Of a stretch of 64,000 bases of DNA, positions 63,452 to 64,000 are shown one piece after another. A program made the translations under genes and the position numbers. Every line of letters starts with the position of its first letter. The stretch's first letter is position 1. The notes beneath the pieces are model-generated. The model saw only the letters and a list, made by a program, of their open reading frames with translations, did not search any database and was not told the DNA's origin. Source of the DNA: Vicugna vicugna (Eukaryota); the NCBI GenBank assembly GCA_013265495.1, contig MU057801.1, forward strand, positions 806,001 through 870,000, read 5' to 3'.

Positions 63452-63800
63452 TTGTCCAAGTCCGGGCCCTCCAAGCAGCAGGTGCCGAGACGAGAGCAGG
63501 TTTCCAGGAGATTTATTGGAGAAGAAGGGGAGGAGCCAGAGGAGGCTCAGACCACGATGCAGGACTGACCCGTGGAGGGGGAGGGGGAAGGAGGGGAGGC
63601 GGGATAAGAAAGTCTTTGCATCGCAGTTCTCAAAAAGTGCCCCCAAGTCTGATGGGGAGTCCTGAAGCCAAAACTGCCTGGGTCTCAGGGAGCAGACCGG
63701 CCTCACTGCCCCTGCTGTGCCCGGTCACTGGCTGAGAGCAGCCTCTTTCCCGCACTTGGCGTCTGGGCATGAAGTCAGTTCAGCACCCGGAGCCTTTGGT
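63452..63800 (-). mobile_element. ERVL LTR fragment (LTR16-like)
   Basis: tgtccaagtccgggccctccaagcagcaggtgccgagacg...gagatttattggaga. Confidence 0.5.
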
Positions 63801-64000
63801 CAGCTGTGCCCCCTGCCTCCCTGCAGCAGGACCCCCGAGAGGCCCGTTGTCACATCGCCGGAGTCACCAGGACAGCGACCAAACAGCCCCCCGCAGCCCA
63901 GGCCCCTTCCCCACGGCTCCCGGCTCTCCGTCCCGTCGGTGCATGTCCACATTCTAAGGCAAGCTGCCTTCTCCTGGAGTTCTTCAGAGGATTGAAAGTT

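Noticed and set aside
1..64000. Hundreds of 60-210 aa ORFs in the six-frame track
   Set aside because: Expected by chance in GC-rich mammalian DNA. Many use non-ATG starts, overlap repeats and show no recognisable domain; only L1 ORF2 pieces are identifiable.

Overview
Mammalian, repeat-rich, apparently intergenic or intronic DNA. It is most likely from a camelid (alpaca/camel), judged from three tRNA-derived Vic-1-type SINEs and artiodactyl-type L1 3' UTRs. I recognise no intact host gene, RNA gene, CRISPR array or prokaryotic system. The only recognisable protein-like ORFs belong to L1 copies, chiefly a dead, 5'-truncated 3.8-kb L1 (30923-34730) that sits inside an ERV solo LTR. The rest is layered transposon debris: L2, MIR, MaLR (MLT1), ERVL LTRs, hAT fossils, several ERV1-type solo LTRs with intact TG..CA ends and 4-bp TSDs, and about a dozen L1 3' stubs. 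Main observations: (i) a ~130-bp locally templated insertion at 54960-55110, copied from 2.1 kb upstream and flanked by a 13-bp direct repeat with fold-back filler, which looks like a DNA-repair scar; (ii) three 5'-inverted (twin-primed) L1 stubs; (iii) a motif-rich solo LTR at 61168-61703 next to a strong CTCF-like site; (iv) a possible terminal exon and 3' UTR of an unidentified gene in the first 1.5 kb. I found no evidence for a novel biological system. Repeat family names come from recalled consensus sequences, not a database search, and boundaries of old repeats are approximate.
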